The position numbers were made by a program, and so were the translations under genes. Under the pieces are notes generated by a model. It saw only the letters and a list, made by a program, of their open reading frames with translations, was not told where the DNA came from and made no database searches. Below, in pieces: positions 29,950 through 52,079 of a DNA stretch of 64,000 nucleotides; position 1 is the first letter of the stretch; every line of letters begins with the position of its first letter. Source of the DNA: an uncultured Acidobacteriota bacterium (GTDB lineage: Bacteria > Acidobacteriota > Thermoanaerobaculia > UBA5066 > DATFVB01). Location: contig CAWEYG010000003.1 of NCBI GenBank assembly GCA_963813155.1, positions 512,001-576,000 on the forward strand, given 5' to 3'.

Positions 29950-30771
29950 CTACTTCCTCCGGCGGACGATCATCGCGTCCGTCCGCTTGTTGTTGCGGGT
30001 CTTGAAGCCCTTCGTTTTCCAGCCCCACGGCGAAACCGGGTGCCGGCCGCCCGAGGTCTTGCCTTCGCCGCCGCCCATCGGATGGTCGACGGGATTCATC
30101 GAAACGCCGCGGTTGTGCGGCTTCCAACCGAGCCAGCGCGACCGGCCGGCTTTGCCGATCGAGAGGTTCTCGTGCTCGATGTTGCCGACCTGCCCGATCG
30201 TCGCGTAGCAGTCGATGAAGACCTTGCGGGTTTCCCCCGAGGGCAGTCGCACCTGCGCGTAGTCCCCCTCCTTGGCCATCAACTGCGCCGCGGCGCCCGC
30301 CGAGCGGACCATCTGGCCGCCCTTGCCGCGCTTCAACTCGATGTTGTGGATCGTCGTGCCGACCGGGATTCCCCGCAGCGGAAGCGCGTTCCCCGGAAGG
30401 ATGTCGGCCTTGGGTCCGGAGACGACGCGCGCGCCCACTTCGAGGCCGACCGGCGCCAGGATGTAGCGTTTTTCGCCGTCCGCGTAGTGAAGGAGCGCGA
30501 TGTTCGCGGTGCGATTCGGGTCGTACTCGATCGAGGCCACGCTCGCGGGCACGTCCATTTTCTCCCGGCGAAAGTCGATGACGCGATACTGGCGCTTGTG
30601 GCCTCCGCCCATGAAGCGCGACGTGATCTGGCCGCTGCTGTTACGGCCGCCCGTGCGGCGTTTGGGCGTGACGAGGCTCTTCTCCGGGCGGTCCGACGTG
30701 ATCTCCGAGAACGTCATCGACGTCTGGAAACGGCGGCCGGCCGAAGTGGGTTTGAACGACTTTACGGGCAT
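29950..30771 (-). CDS. rplB: 50S ribosomal protein L2
   Basis: [19 protein letters not shown]. Confidence 0.99.
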   Translation of the reverse strand: MPVKSFKPTSAGRRFQTSMTFSEITSDRPEKSLVTPKRRTGGRNSSGQITSRFMGGGHKRQYRVIDFRREKMDVPASVASIEYDPNRTANIALLHYADGEKRYILAPVGLEVGARVVSGPKADILPGNALPLRGIPVGTTIHNIELKRGKGGQMVRSAGAAAQLMAKEGDYAQVRLPSGETRKVFIDCYATIGQVGNIEHENLSIGKAGRSRWLGWKPHNRGVSMNPVDHPMGGGEGKTSGGRHPVSPWGWKTKGFKTRNNKRTDAMIVRRRK

Positions 30772-30779
30772 CGATTCAC

Positions 30780-31070
30780 CTACACGCCTTCGAAGAATTC
30801 AATGGGCTTTTCGCCTGCGGCCAGGCGAACGTAAGCCTTCTTCCAGTCGCGACGGTTCCCGACGAACCGCCCCATCCGCTTCATCTTGCCGGCGCGGTTG
30901 GCGACCCGGACGGACGCCACCTTCACCTTGAACAGCATCTCGACCGCCGCCTTCACTTCGATCTTGTTCGCGGCCGGGTCGACCTCGAAGCAAACCGTTT
31001 TGGCCGAGTCCTTGAGCCGGGTCGACGCTTCCGTGATCAACGGCCGCCGGATCACCTGGTGCAGGTTCAT
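30780..31070 (-). CDS. rplW: 50S ribosomal protein L23
   Basis: PLITE, ANKIEVK, WKKAYV. Confidence 0.97.
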   Translation of the reverse strand: MNLHQVIRRPLITEASTRLKDSAKTVCFEVDPAANKIEVKAAVEMLFKVKVASVRVANRAGKMKRMGRFVGNRRDWKKAYVRLAAGEKPIEFFEGV

Positions 31071-31699
31071 GACTTGGCCCCCAGGTTCCGCGTGACTCGC
31101 GTCAGCGCGTCGCGCGTGATCAGAACGTAGCCGTGACTCAGCACGTCGTAGCAGTTCACCGCGAGAGGATCGACGTGCTTCAAGCCTCGGATGTTTCGCG
31201 AGGCGCGAGTCAGGTTCTCATTGTCCCGGGATTCCACGAGCAGGGCCTTGCCCTCGATTCCGAGCGTCGAGAGGTTTCCCACGAGCTCCTTCGTCCGGTA
31301 GGAGTCGAGGCCCAGGCGGTCGAGGACGACGAGGCGGGACTCCTTCGCCTTGCGCGAGAGGACCGACCGCAGGGCGTTCTTCTTTTCGTTGATCGACACC
31401 TTTTGCTCGTAAGAGCGCGGCACGGGGCCGAAGACCGTTCCGCCGTGGCGGTGAATCGGGGGCCGTCCGCCGCCCTGCCGGGCCCGGCCCGTCCCCTTCT
31501 GCTTGAACGGCTTCCGACCCGACCCGGAGACTTCCGCGCGCGTCTTCGTCTTGTGCGTGCCGCTGCGCTGTCCCGCGAGATAGGCCTTCACGACGGTCCA
31601 CACGAGGTGGCGCCGGTAAGGCTGCTCGAACACGTCGGCAGGCAGGTCGATCGAGCCGACCTTTTCTTTCTTCCAGTTCCAGACTTCCACGTTGGCCAT
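31067..31699 (-). CDS. rplD: 50S ribosomal protein L4
   Basis: TKTRAEVSG, QKGTGRAR. Confidence 0.98.
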   Translation of the reverse strand: MANVEVWNWKKEKVGSIDLPADVFEQPYRRHLVWTVVKAYLAGQRSGTHKTKTRAEVSGSGRKPFKQKGTGRARQGGGRPPIHRHGGTVFGPVPRSYEQKVSINEKKNALRSVLSRKAKESRLVVLDRLGLDSYRTKELVGNLSTLGIEGKALLVESRDNENLTRASRNIRGLKHVDPLAVNCYDVLSHGYVLITRDALTRVTRNLGAKS

Positions 31700-31705
31700 C
31701 GCTTC

Positions 31706-32350
31706 TTACTCCGGCTTCGGCGCGAACGTCGACCGCACGATGCGAACGTACGCGTTGCGGGCGCCCGGAACGGGGCCGCTCAAATACAGCAAATGATTCT
31801 CCGGATCGACCTTCGCGACGACGACGTTCTTGCTCGTGGCATGCCGGCCGCCGAGCCGTCCCGAGGAACGCGTGCCCGGATAGACGCGCGAGGGAAACGC
31901 CGACGGCCCGATCGAGCCCGGAGCGCGGTGAAACATCGAACCGTGCGTCGCGCGGCCGCCCGCGAAATGGTGCCGCCGGACGACTCCGGCGAAACCCTTG
32001 CCCTTCGAGAATCCCTCGATGTCGACGTGGTCGTTTTCCTTGAAGGTGTCGGCCAGGACCTTGTCGCCCGCCTTGAGCTCGTCGCCGTTGTCCAGGGCGA
32101 ATTCGGCGAGCTCACGCATCGGAGCCACCGACGCTTTCGCGAAGTGCCCCTGCAGCGGCTTGGGAACGTTGCGGGGCGCGCGATCTTCGACGAGGCCGAT
32201 CTGAACCGCGCTGTAGCCGTCTTTCTCGACCGTCTTCATCTGGACGACGAGGCACGGGCCGGCTTTGACGACCGTCACGGGGACGACCGTGCCGTCCTCC
32301 TTGAAGATCTGGGTCATTCCGACCTTTTTCCCGATCAAACCGTGAATCAT
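31706..32350 (-). CDS. rplC: 50S ribosomal protein L3
   Basis: [22 protein letters not shown]. Confidence 0.98.
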   Translation of the reverse strand: MIHGLIGKKVGMTQIFKEDGTVVPVTVVKAGPCLVVQMKTVEKDGYSAVQIGLVEDRAPRNVPKPLQGHFAKASVAPMRELAEFALDNGDELKAGDKVLADTFKENDHVDIEGFSKGKGFAGVVRRHHFAGGRATHGSMFHRAPGSIGPSAFPSRVYPGTRSSGRLGGRHATSKNVVVAKVDPENHLLYLSGPVPGARNAYVRIVRSTFAPKPE

Positions 32351-32354
32351 GGCG

Positions 32355-32669
32355 TCACTTTCCAAATGCCTTGATCTCGACGTCCACGCCGGCCGGCAAC
32401 TCGAGCTTCATCAGCGCGTCCACCGTCTGCGAGGAAGGCTCGAGGATGTCGAGCAGGCGCTTGTGCGTCCGCATCTCGAATTGCTCCCGCGACTTCTTGT
32501 CGACGTGCGGGGAGCGGTTCACCGTGTAGCGGGAAATCGTCGTCGGAAGCGGAATCGGGCCGGCGATCCGCGCTCCGGTCCGGCGCGCCGTGTCCACGAT
32601 CTCGGTCGCCGACTGGTCGAGGACCCGGTAGTCGAACGCCTTGAGCCGAATGCGGATTTTGTCGTTCAT
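32355..32669 (-). CDS. rpsJ: 30S ribosomal protein S10
   Basis: [23 protein letters not shown]. Confidence 0.98.
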   Translation of the reverse strand: MNDKIRIRLKAFDYRVLDQSATEIVDTARRTGARIAGPIPLPTTISRYTVNRSPHVDKKSREQFEMRTHKRLLDILEPSSQTVDALMKLELPAGVDVEIKAFGK

Positions 32670-32695
32670 CGTCTTCTCGATTCTTTCCTTCGAAC

Positions 32696-33890
<1,195 letters not shown>

Positions 33891-33906
33891 CCTCGTCCCT
33901 CTCTAC

Positions 33907-35985
33907 TTACTTCGATCCGACTTTGGCGATGATCTCTTCCGAGACGTTCCGCGGGACCGGCTCGTACGATCCGAACTGCATGGTGTAGTTTCCGCGCCCC
34001 TGGGTCTTCGACCGGAGCGTCGTGGAGTAGCCGAACATCTCCGAGAGCGGCACGCGCGCCTTGATGACCTGCACTCCCGCCCGGGGCTCCTGGTGGAGGA
34101 TGTGGCCGCGACGCGAATTGATGTCGCCGATGACGTCGCCCATGTGGTCTTCGGGAACGACGACTTCGACGTCCATGATCGGCTCCTTGAGGATCGGCTT
34201 CGCCCTCTGGGCGGCGTCCTTCCAGGCGAGCGAGCCGGCGATCTTGAACGCGATTTCGGACGAGTCGACGTCGTGGTACGAGCCGTCGTACAGCTCGATG
34301 TGAACGCCCGTCGTCGGATATCCCGCGAGCACGCCCGTTTCCAGCGCTTCCTTGATCCCCTGCTCGATCGGCTTGATGAACTCCTTCGGGATCGCGCCGC
34401 CCTTGATGACGTTCTCGAAGACGAATTCCTTGCCGTCTTCCGCCGGCCGGACGCGGATCCGGCAGTCGCCGTACTGGCCGTGGCCGCCGGTCTGCCGCTT
34501 GAAGAGGCCCCGTCCGTCGGCTTCCTTCGTGATCGCCTCGCGGTACGCGACCTGGGGTTTTCCGACGTTCGCGCCGACGTTGAATTCGCGGACCATGCGG
34601 TCGACGATGATCTCCAGGTGGAGCTCGCCCATCCCCGAGATGATCGTCTGGTTCGTTTCCTTGTCGCTGAAGACCTTGAACGTCGGATCTTCCTGCATGA
34701 GCTTGGAGAGCGCGACGCCCATCTTTTCCTGGTCCGACTTCGTCTTCGGCTCGATCGCGACCGAGATGACGGGATCCGGGAAATTCATCGACTCGAGGAC
34801 GACGGGCGCGTTCTTGTCGCAGATCGTGTCGCCGGTGCGCACGTCCCGCAGGCCCACCGCGGCCGCGATGTCGCCGGCCCAGACTTCCTTGATCTCCTCG
34901 CGCTTGTTCGCGTGCATCTTGAGGATTCGCCCGACCCGCTCATTCGTGTCCTTCGTCGCGTTGAACACGGACGAACCCGCGTCGAGATGGCCGGAATAGA
35001 CGCGGAAGAACGCGAGCTGGCCGACGAACGGGTCGGTCATGATCTTGAAGATCAACGCCGCGAACGGGCCGTCATCCCTGGGCTCCCGGGTGACTTCGCT
35101 GTCGAGATCGTCGTGGCCCTTGATCGGGGGCACGTCGAGGGGAGAGGGAAGGTAGTCGACGACGGCGTCGAGCAGCTGCTGGACACCCTTGTTCTTGAAC
35201 GCGGACCCGCAGACGACCGGCTGGACCTTGCCCGCGACCGTCGCCTTGCGCAGCGCGGCCTTGATCTCCGCTCCGGTGACCTGTCCGCCCTCGAGGTATT
35301 TTTCCATCAGGTGGTCGTCGGTCTCCGCGATCGCTTCGACGAGGTGCTCGCGGTAGCGCTCCGCTTCCTCGCGAAACTCTTCGGGGATTTCGACGATGTC
35401 GAATTTCGCCCCGAGCGACTCTTCCTTGAACTCGATACCCTTCCATTCGACGAGGTCGATGACGCCGCGCAGCTGCGACTCGCTCCCCCACGGGATCTGG
35501 ATGGGCGCGGGCTTCGCGTTGAGTTTCGTCTTCATCATCTCGACGCAGCGCGGAAAATTCGCGCCGATCCGGTCCATCTTGTTGACGAACGCGATCCGGG
35601 GAACGCCGTAGCGGTCCGCCTGCCTCCAGACCGTCTCGGACTGGGGCTCCACGCCGGCGACCGCGTCGAAGCACGCGACCGCGCCGTCGAGAACGCGGAG
35701 CGAACGCTCCACTTCCGCCGTGAAGTCGACGTGTCCGGGCGTGTCGATGATGTTGATGCGGATGTCCTTCCAGAAACACGTCGTCGCGGCCGACGTGATC
35801 GTGATGCCGCGTTCCTGCTCCTGGACCATCCAGTCCATCGTCGCGGTGCCTTCGTGCACCTCGCCGATCTTGTAGTTCACGCCGGTGTAATAGAGGATGC
35901 GCTCCGTCGTGGTCGTCTTCCCCGCGTCGATGTGGGCCATGATGCCGATGTTGCGAGTGTCTTTGAGTGCGTGTGTGCGGGGCAT
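33907..35985 (-). CDS. fusA: Elongation factor G
   Basis: [28 protein letters not shown]. Confidence 0.99.
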   Translation of the reverse strand: MPRTHALKDTRNIGIMAHIDAGKTTTTERILYYTGVNYKIGEVHEGTATMDWMVQEQERGITITSAATTCFWKDIRINIIDTPGHVDFTAEVERSLRVLDGAVACFDAVAGVEPQSETVWRQADRYGVPRIAFVNKMDRIGANFPRCVEMMKTKLNAKPAPIQIPWGSESQLRGVIDLVEWKGIEFKEESLGAKFDIVEIPEEFREEAERYREHLVEAIAETDDHLMEKYLEGGQVTGAEIKAALRKATVAGKVQPVVCGSAFKNKGVQQLLDAVVDYLPSPLDVPPIKGHDDLDSEVTREPRDDGPFAALIFKIMTDPFVGQLAFFRVYSGHLDAGSSVFNATKDTNERVGRILKMHANKREEIKEVWAGDIAAAVGLRDVRTGDTICDKNAPVVLESMNFPDPVISVAIEPKTKSDQEKMGVALSKLMQEDPTFKVFSDKETNQTIISGMGELHLEIIVDRMVREFNVGANVGKPQVAYREAITKEADGRGLFKRQTGGHGQYGDCRIRVRPAEDGKEFVFENVIKGGAIPKEFIKPIEQGIKEALETGVLAGYPTTGVHIELYDGSYHDVDSSEIAFKIAGSLAWKDAAQRAKPILKEPIMDVEVVVPEDHMGDVIGDINSRRGHILHQEPRAGVQVIKARVPLSEMFGYSTTLRSKTQGRGNYTMQFGSYEPVPRNVSEEIIAKVGSK

Positions 35986-35993
35986 GATTCAAC

Positions 35994-36464
35994 TCACCAA
36001 CGGTAGTGGGCAAAAGCCTTGTTGGCTTCCGCCATCTTCAGCGTGTCGTCTTTCTTCTTCATCGCGCCGCCCTTGAGGTTGGACGCATCGAGGAGCTCGC
36101 CCGCGAGCTTCTCGCGCATCGTGCGCTCTCCGCGCGCCAGGGCGTATTCGATCAGCCACCGGATCGCGAGCGAGGTCCGCCGGTTCGGCCGAACTTCGAC
36201 GGGCACCTGGTAGGTCGATCCGCCGACGCGCCGCGACTTGACCTCGAGCGCCGGCTTGACGTTCTCGACCGCCTTCTTGAAGACCTTCATCGGGTCGTCC
36301 TGGGTCTTCTCGGAAACGACTTCGAGCGCGCCGTACAGGATGCGCTCGGCCACGCTCTTCTTCCCCTGCTTCATGACCGAGTTCACGAACTTCGTCACGA
36401 GCTGGGAGTTGTAGACGGGGTCCGGCAGAATCTCGCGCTTGGGAACTTCTCTTCGTCTCGGCAT
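35994..36464 (-). CDS. rpsG: 30S ribosomal protein S7
   Basis: [28 protein letters not shown]. Confidence 0.99.
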   Translation of the reverse strand: MPRRREVPKREILPDPVYNSQLVTKFVNSVMKQGKKSVAERILYGALEVVSEKTQDDPMKVFKKAVENVKPALEVKSRRVGGSTYQVPVEVRPNRRTSLAIRWLIEYALARGERTMREKLAGELLDASNLKGGAMKKKDDTLKMAEANKAFAHYRW

Positions 36465-36468
36465 CGTC

Positions 36469-36843
36469 TCAGCTCTTCGGGCGCTTCGCGCCGTATTTGG
36501 ACCGGCCCTGCTTCCGGTTCGCAACGCCGACCGCGTCGAGCGTGCCCCGGATGATGTGGTAGCGGACGCCGGGCAGATCCTTCACGCGGCCGCCGCGAAT
36601 CATCACGATGGAGTGCTCCTGGAGGTTGTGCCCGACTCCCGGGATGTAGGTCGTGACTTCCGTGCCGTTGGTCAGGCGGACGCGGGCGACTTTTCGAAGG
36701 GCCGAGTTCGGCTTCTTCGGAGTGGTGGTGTAAACGCGCGTGCAGACGCCCCGCTTCTGCGGGCTCGCGTTCAACGCGGGACTCGCCGTCTTGTACCGAA
36801 CGGCCTCCCGTCCGCTGCGAACCAACTGTGAAATCGTCGGCAT
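36469..36843 (-). CDS. rpsL: 30S ribosomal protein S12
   Basis: [20 protein letters not shown]. Confidence 0.99.
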   Translation of the reverse strand: MPTISQLVRSGREAVRYKTASPALNASPQKRGVCTRVYTTTPKKPNSALRKVARVRLTNGTEVTTYIPGVGHNLQEHSIVMIRGGRVKDLPGVRYHIIRGTLDAVGVANRKQGRSKYGAKRPKS

Positions 36844-37015
36844 TCCTCTAGTCCTCCGAATCCCTGCGTCCCCGGCCGCACAGAAAAATTTCTCCAGGCG
36901 GCCTCAATTCAATTCGTCTCCCCGGTCCCAGGTTCTTGCCGCTCCGTGGGGCCGAGATCGATCGTCTCCCTGTCTTCTGGATCAGTATCCGAGAAGTCCC
37001 GGGGAAAACCCGCTA

Positions 37016-37044
37016 ATACTATGAGCCTATGGCTGATCTGTCAA
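37016..37044 (-). promoter_or_regulatory. Sigma70-type promoter of the str operon
   Basis: TTGACA-17 nt-TAGTAT upstream of rpsL. Confidence 0.85.
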
Positions 37045-37130
37045 GCAAAAGACGAGGGCGAGGCCCCGTTCTGGCGCCCGCTCCCCCGGACCGAACCTCC
37101 ACTCCTTCCCCGAATCCCTGAAACCCCCGG

Positions 37131-37163
37131 AAAACGAAAGGCCCCGGATTGCTCCGGGGCCTT
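37131..37163 (-). terminator. Intrinsic terminator after rpoC
   Basis: GGCCCCGGA-GCAA-UCCGGGGCC followed by UUUCGUUUU. Confidence 0.88.
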
Positions 37164-37189
37164 CGAAATCCTTGAAAAAAGGCCGGATT

Positions 37190-41389
<4,200 letters not shown>

Positions 41390-41423
41390 TTGCCCACTCC
41401 TTTCGAACTCTCTTGCCACCCGG

Positions 41424-45668
<4,245 letters not shown>

Positions 45669-45779
45669 GCCGTTACGACTCCTTTTCCACGATTTCCACC
45701 GGGGAGGCAGACGGGGACCGCCGGAGGCGGTCCCCCAAATCCTTCATCCGGACAAGAAAACACGTCTTCTCGTTTCCGA

Positions 45780-46157
45780 TTACTTGACTTCGACTTTCGC
45801 CCCAACTTCTTCGAACTTCTTCTTGATGTTGGCCGCGTCGTCCTTGGAAACGCCTTCCTTGAGCGTCTGCGGGGCGCCGTCGACCAGGTCCTTGGCTTCC
45901 TTGAGCCCGAGGCCCGTCACTTCGCGAACCACCTTGATGGTCTTGATCTTGTCGCCCGCGGCGGCGAGGACGACGGTGAATTCCGTCTTCTCTTCCTCCG
46001 CCGGAGCCGCCGCGGCCGCCGGGGCTGCCGCCGCCGGCATCGCCATCGCGGCCGCCGACACGCCGAACTTCTCCTCGAGCGACTTGACGAGGGTGTTGAG
46101 ATCGAGAACCGACATCTTCTCGATCTCCGAAACGAACTGCTCTACGTTCAATGCCAT
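45780..46157 (-). CDS. rplL: 50S ribosomal protein L7/L12
   Basis: [17 protein letters not shown]. Confidence 0.99.
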   Translation of the reverse strand: MALNVEQFVSEIEKMSVLDLNTLVKSLEEKFGVSAAAMAMPAAAAPAAAAAPAEEEKTEFTVVLAAAGDKIKTIKVVREVTGLGLKEAKDLVDGAPQTLKEGVSKDDAANIKKKFEEVGAKVEVK

Positions 46158-46175
46158 TGATTTCTCCTCAAATTC

Positions 46176-46727
46176 TCATTCACCCGACGCGGTTTGCTCC
46201 GCGGGGGCGGACTTCCCTTTTTGATCGCTGATCTGCGAAAGCACAACAGCGAGGTTCTGAATCGGACCATTCAACACCGTGACCAACCGCCGAACCGGTG
46301 ATTGTAGCATGAAAAGCAACCTTCCCACCAGCTGCTCGCGGGACGGGAGGTCGGCAATCATCTGAATCTGGGTTGCCGGGACCGCCTTCCCTTCGACGAC
46401 CGCCCCCTTGAAAGAGAGCGATGCATTCGTTTTCGCGAATGTCGTCAGGATTTTCGCGAGCCCGACCGGGGAATCGGCGTTGTACGCGACCGCCGTCGGC
46501 CCGGCAAAATGATCCTTGAGCGGCTCGAGGGCGCTCCCCTCGATCGCCCGGATCGCGAGCGTGTTCTTGACCACGAGGTACGAAGACTTCGAATCGCGAA
46601 TCTGCTTGCGCAGCTCGGTGACGTCGGGAACCCGAAGCCCGGAGAATCCGAGCACAAACGCGTTCCGCGCCGCGCCGACCGAGTCGCGAAGCTCTTCGAT
46701 GGCAGCGTTTTTCTCTTGTTTGTTCAC
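46176..46727 (-). CDS. rplJ: 50S ribosomal protein L10
   Basis: VVKNTL, GPTAVA, LPSREQL; GTG start. Confidence 0.97.
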   Translation of the reverse strand: MNKQEKNAAIEELRDSVGAARNAFVLGFSGLRVPDVTELRKQIRDSKSSYLVVKNTLAIRAIEGSALEPLKDHFAGPTAVAYNADSPVGLAKILTTFAKTNASLSFKGAVVEGKAVPATQIQMIADLPSREQLVGRLLFMLQSPVRRLVTVLNGPIQNLAVVLSQISDQKGKSAPAEQTASGE

Positions 46728-46738
46728 TCTCAATCCCC

Positions 46739-47434
46739 TCAGATCGCTTCCGCCGCGGTCGTGTCGATTTTGACGCTGGGGCCCATCGTGGAAGAAAGCG
46801 AAACGGAGCGGAAATATTTCCCCTTCGCGGCCGCGGGCTTCGCCCGATGAACCGCGTGGATCAACGCTTCCGCGTTCTCCTTCAACTTCTTCTCCTCAAA
46901 GGACATTTTTCCCAGCGGGGCGTGGATGATCGCCGTCTTGTCGACGCGGAACTCGAGCTTTCCGGCCTTGATCTCGGTGACGGCCCTGCCGACGTCGGCC
47001 GTAACCGTTCCCGCCTTCGGATTCGGCATGAGGCCCCGCGGGCCGAGGACCTTTCCGAGCCGGCCGACCGACCGCATCATGTCCGGAGTCGCCACGAGCG
47101 CGTCGAAGTCGAGGTAGCCTCCGGCGATCTTCTCCGCCAGATCTTCTCCCCCGACGATGTCGGCTCCCGCGGCCTCCGCTTCCTTGATTTTCTCGCCCGA
47201 CGTGATGACGGCCACGCGCTTGGATTTGCCGAGTCCGTGCGGGAGGATCACCGTTCCCCGGACCATCTGGTCCGCGTGCTTCGGGTCCACTCCGAGCAGG
47301 ATCGACACGTCCAGAGTCTCGTCGAACTTCGCGAACTTGATCTTTTTCGCGAGCGCGATCGCCTCTTCCAGCCCGTACGGACGGTCCTGGATCTGCGCCT
47401 TGGCCGCCTGAAACTTTTTGCCTCTTGAAGCCAT
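46739..47434 (-). CDS. rplA: 50S ribosomal protein L1
   Basis: [22 protein letters not shown]. Confidence 0.99.
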   Translation of the reverse strand: MASRGKKFQAAKAQIQDRPYGLEEAIALAKKIKFAKFDETLDVSILLGVDPKHADQMVRGTVILPHGLGKSKRVAVITSGEKIKEAEAAGADIVGGEDLAEKIAGGYLDFDALVATPDMMRSVGRLGKVLGPRGLMPNPKAGTVTADVGRAVTEIKAGKLEFRVDKTAIIHAPLGKMSFEEKKLKENAEALIHAVHRAKPAAAKGKYFRSVSLSSTMGPSVKIDTTAAEAI

Positions 47435-47445
47435 AAGATCCTTTC

Positions 47446-47480
47446 GTCGTGCAATCGATCCCGTCGCCGGGATCTCCGAC
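47446..47480 (-). promoter_or_regulatory. Putative L1-binding autoregulatory hairpin before rplA
   Basis: GUCG-GAG-AUCCCG-GCGA-CGGGAU-CGAUUGCA-CGAC, abutting SD AAAGGA. Confidence 0.5.
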
Positions 47481-47545
47481 TGTTGTTTCGGCCGCCTCCG
47501 TTCCCTGGGCGCTGACTCGCCCCGGAGGAGACCGTGGAAACCCCG

Positions 47546-47968
47546 TTAAACGATGTCGAGCCCCATGTTCCGGGCCGTGCCGGAAATCGTCCGGATCGCC
47601 GCGTCGAGCGAGCCGGCGTTCAGGTCGGGCATCTTCAGGCGGGCGATCTCCTCGACCTGCGCCTTCGTCACCTTGCCGACCTTGACCTTGTTGGGCGTTC
47701 CCGACCCCTTCGGAACTCCGGCCGCCTTCAGCAGGAGGACGGGCGCCGGGGGCGTCTTCGTGATGAACGTGTAAGACCGGTCCGCGTAGACTGTCAGGAC
47801 GACGGGGATGATGAGCCCCTTGTCCTTCGCGGTCCTCGCGTTGAAGTTCTTGACGAAGTCCATGATGTTGACGCCCGCCGGACCGAGCGCCGTTCCGACC
47901 GGCGGGGCCGGAGTGGCTTCGCCCGCGGGAATCTGAAGCTTGATGTAGCCGGTGATCTTCTTGGCCAT
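47546..47968 (-). CDS. rplK: 50S ribosomal protein L11
   Basis: [19 protein letters not shown]. Confidence 0.99.
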   Translation of the reverse strand: MAKKITGYIKLQIPAGEATPAPPVGTALGPAGVNIMDFVKNFNARTAKDKGLIIPVVLTVYADRSYTFITKTPPAPVLLLKAAGVPKGSGTPNKVKVGKVTKAQVEEIARLKMPDLNAGSLDAAIRTISGTARNMGLDIV

Positions 47969-47995
47969 GCTCGCGTTTTCCTATCTTCTCTCGAA

Positions 47996-48541
47996 CTAAA
48001 TCTTCTGGACCTGGAGGAAATCCAACTCGACCGGAGTGGCCCGGCCGAAGATCGTGACCATGACTTTGAGCGTCGAGCGGTCGAGGTTGACGTCCTCCAC
48101 GACGCCCGTGAAGTTCGTGAACGGGCCGTCGGTGATCCGGACCGTCTCGCCGTGCTCGAACGTGTGCCGCGGCTTGGGTTTCTCCTTCGTCGAATGGACC
48201 TGGTGGAGGATCTGCTCGACCTCCTCTTCGGTCAGCGGCGTCGGCTCTTTCCCGGATCCGACGAATCCCGTCACCTTCGGCGTGTTCTTGACCAGGTGCC
48301 AGGCCTCGTCGGACATTTCCATCTCGACGAGGATGTAGCCGGGGAAGAACTTGCGGTGGATCTCGCGCTTCTTTCCGCCCTTCATCTCGACAAGGGTCTC
48401 GGTCGGGATGCGGACCTCGCCGAAGGCCGGGCTCATGCCCATCGCCTCGACGCGCTGCAGCAGGTTCTGCCGCACGCGATCCTCGAAACCCGAGTACGTG
48501 TGCACGATGTACCAGCGCTTTTCGCCGGTCGCCGCTTTCAT
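47996..48541 (-). CDS. nusG: Transcription termination/antitermination factor NusG
   Basis: [29 protein letters not shown]. Confidence 0.98.
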   Translation of the reverse strand: MKAATGEKRWYIVHTYSGFEDRVRQNLLQRVEAMGMSPAFGEVRIPTETLVEMKGGKKREIHRKFFPGYILVEMEMSDEAWHLVKNTPKVTGFVGSGKEPTPLTEEEVEQILHQVHSTKEKPKPRHTFEHGETVRITDGPFTNFTGVVEDVNLDRSTLKVMVTIFGRATPVELDFLQVQKI

Positions 48542-48753
48542 ACGCCGAGCGCCTTGTACACGGCCTCGAGCCCCTTCCCGAGGACGAGGTCGCAGGCGGA
48601 CAGGTAGAAACCGATGATCAGGGTCGCGACGATCACGACGATCGTCGTCCCGACGACGGTCTTCCGGTCCGGCCACGTGACTTTCTTGGCTTCCGCGATC
48701 ACTTCCCGGACGAAGGTTCGCGTGTTCGGCCACCACTGTGAAATCGCTGCCAT
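48538..48753 (-). CDS. secE: Preprotein translocase SecE
   Basis: EAKKVTWP plus a single TM helix; directly upstream of nusG. Confidence 0.95.
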   Translation of the reverse strand: MAAISQWWPNTRTFVREVIAEAKKVTWPDRKTVVGTTIVVIVATLIIGFYLSACDLVLGKGLEAVYKALGV

Positions 48754-48803
48754 GGCTCCCTTATCCTCGCTCGCTCGAAACCCGCCCGCTCAAACTCGAA
48801 AGA

Positions 48804-48880
48804 TGGCAGGGGTGGAGGGATTCGAACCCCCAACATCCGGTTTTGGAGACCGGCGCTCTACCAATTCGAGCTACACCCCT
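48804..48880 (-). tRNA. tRNA-Trp (CCA)
   Basis: AGGGGTGTAGCTC...CTCCAAA...GGTTCGAATCC...CCA cloverleaf. Confidence 0.97.
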
Positions 48881-48885
48881 CAAGC

Positions 48886-49038
48886 TCAAACCTTGCCTTC
48901 CTTGTGCGCCGTGTGCTTCCGGCAGAATCGGCAGTACTTGCTCCGCTCCAGCTTCTCGGTGTTGGTCTTCTTGTTCTTCGTCGTCGTGTAGTTCCGCCGC
49001 TTGCAAGCGCTGCACGCGAGAGAGATGATTTCCTGCAT
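48886..49038 (-). CDS. rpmG: 50S ribosomal protein L33 (Zn-binding form)
   Basis: Manual translation [50 protein letters not shown]. Confidence 0.97.
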   Translation of the reverse strand: MQEIISLACSACKRRNYTTTKNKKTNTEKLERSKYCRFCRKHTAHKEGKV

Positions 49039-49050
49039 CGTCGTATCCCC

Positions 49051-50244
<1,194 letters not shown>

Positions 50245-50301
50245 CCTCGTCCCTCATCATTTTTCAAATCCCGCCGCGGGGAAATTTCCCGGATCGAGAA
50301 C

Positions 50302-50377
<76 letters not shown>

Positions 50378-50412
50378 AGGAGTACGATCAAAGACCCCCA
50401 GATTCCCAAGTT

Positions 50413-50487
50413 TGGAGCGGGAGACGGGATTCGAACCCGCGACCAACAGCTTGGAAGGCTGTGACTCTACCCCTGAGTTACTCCCGC
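50413..50487 (-). tRNA. tRNA-Gly (TCC)
   Basis: GCGGGAGTAACTCAG...CTTCCAA...TCCA. Confidence 0.97.
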
Positions 50488-50525
50488 GCTTTCCCCGTAC
50501 TTTCCGCCGCCGCGCCGCCCGGAGA

Positions 50526-50612
50526 TGGTGGGCAGTGGAGGATTCGAACCTCCGTAGCGCGAAGCGCGGCAGATTTACAGTCTGCTGCCATTAACCACTC
50601 GGCCAACTGCCC
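50526..50612 (-). tRNA. tRNA-Tyr (GTA)
   Basis: GGGCAGTTGGCCGAGTGG...CTGTAAA, long variable arm, ACCA. Confidence 0.97.
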
Positions 50613-50647
50613 TCGGATTCTCGTCTTCTTCCCCCGCCGGACGCTCG

Positions 50648-50723
50648 TGGAGCCGACGAGAGGAATTGAACCTCCAACCTTCGGTTTACAAAACCGCTGC
50701 TCTGCCGATTGAGCTACGCCGGC
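50648..50723 (-). tRNA. tRNA-Thr (TGT)
   Basis: GCCGGCGTAGCTCAA...TTTGTAA...TCCA. Confidence 0.97.
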
Positions 50724-50826
50724 GCGATCCCGCGAACGTTGCCCGCTCTTCAAAGAACACCCCGGGAAAGACTCCAGACACACCCACCGTGCACACGTAT
50801 TCTCGCAAACACGGCGCGAACTGTGG

Positions 50827-50855
50827 AGAATACCAGAACGTTTTTAGCGAGGCAA
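50827..50855 (-). promoter_or_regulatory. Sigma70-type promoter of the tRNA-tuf operon
   Basis: TTGCCT-17 nt-(TGG)TATTCT. Confidence 0.75.
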
Positions 50856-50868
50856 GAACTTTTCTTCT

Positions 50869-51585
50869 CTAAAGGATAGCCCGCCTTTGGCGCACCGCCT
50901 CGAAGGCTGCCGCGGCGGCCGCGGTGGACACGTTCAGCGAGGCGATCTGCCCCGCCATGGGCAGGCGGGCGACCACGTCGCAGCCCTCCTTCACGAGGCG
51001 GCGGATTCCCTTGCCCTCCGCGCCGAGCACGAGAACGAGATCCCCCTTCAAATCGAGCGAATACAGGTCTTCGCCCCTCTCGTCCAGCCCCACGGCGAAG
51101 AATCCCTGATCCCTCGCGTCGTCGAGGAACCGGCGCAGATTTCCGGCTCGAAACAGAGGCACCCGCGCCATCGCGCCGGCGGAAACCCGGGCGACGGTCT
51201 CGGAAAGCGGCGCCGAGCCCCGGTCGTGCACGACGACCCTCGCCCCGGCCGCATCGGCGACCCTCAGGACCGCGCCGAGGTTGTGGGGGTCCTGGACGTC
51301 GTCGAGAAGGATCACGAACCGGCTACCGGGCTCTCCGGAAAGGACTTCTTCGCGGGTCGACAGGTCGGCGGCCGCCAGCCGGGCCACGATTCCCTGGTGA
51401 TTCTTCGCGAACCGGTCGAGAGACGCCCGGGCGCCGAAGCGCACCGCGACCCCGGCTTCCCGGCACAGGCTTTTGAGCTCGCCGCTGCGCCGGTCGCGCC
51501 GCGATTCGTCGAACAGCGCCCATTCCACGCGTTTCGGGCTCGATCGCACGGCTTCTTCGACGGCGTGGAACCCGGAGACGATCAT
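50869..51585 (-). CDS. rlmB: 23S rRNA G2251 2'-O-methyltransferase (SPOUT)
   Basis: GFHAV, HQGIVA, DPHNLGA, GAEGKG, SLNVS. Confidence 0.93.
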   Translation of the reverse strand: MIVSGFHAVEEAVRSSPKRVEWALFDESRRDRRSGELKSLCREAGVAVRFGARASLDRFAKNHQGIVARLAAADLSTREEVLSGEPGSRFVILLDDVQDPHNLGAVLRVADAAGARVVVHDRGSAPLSETVARVSAGAMARVPLFRAGNLRRFLDDARDQGFFAVGLDERGEDLYSLDLKGDLVLVLGAEGKGIRRLVKEGCDVVARLPMAGQIASLNVSTAAAAAAFEAVRQRRAIL

Positions 51586-52079
51586 CCGCCTTCGCCGAGG
51601 CTTCGGCGCGACTCCAAAAGCACCACTGCCATCGCCGCGAGGCCCTCGCCCCGCCCCGGGAAACCCATTCCGTTCGTGGAGGTTCCGCGCACCGAGACCC
51701 GGTCGGGAGGGACGTCCAGGAGCGAGGCGATTCCCCGCGCCATCTCTACGCGCCGCGGCGCTATCTTCGGCTCCTCGCCGATCACCGTCGCGTCGACGTT
51801 GCCGATCGACCATCCGGCAGAGCGGACCATTTCCGCGACGGCCGAGAGCATCTCGCCGCTTTCGCGGCCCCGCCCCTTCGGATCGCGGTCGGAGAAATGC
51901 TCGCCGAGGCTTCCCAGGCCGGCCGCCCCGAGCAGAGCGTCGCAGATCGCGTGCAACAGAACGTCGCCGTCGGAGTGTCCCGCGAGCCCGGCGCCCGCTT
52001 CCCAGACGAGCCCGCCCAACGCGAGGGGACGGCCCTTCTCGAAAGGATGGGCGTCGAAACCCAGGCCGACGCGGTTCAT
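51582..52079 (-). CDS. ispF: 2-C-methyl-D-erythritol 2,4-cyclodiphosphate synthase
   Basis: RVGLGFDAH, GHSDGDVLLHAICDALLGA, GRGEG. Confidence 0.96.
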   Translation of the reverse strand: MNRVGLGFDAHPFEKGRPLALGGLVWEAGAGLAGHSDGDVLLHAICDALLGAAGLGSLGEHFSDRDPKGRGRESGEMLSAVAEMVRSAGWSIGNVDATVIGEEPKIAPRRVEMARGIASLLDVPPDRVSVRGTSTNGMGFPGRGEGLAAMAVVLLESRRSLGEGG

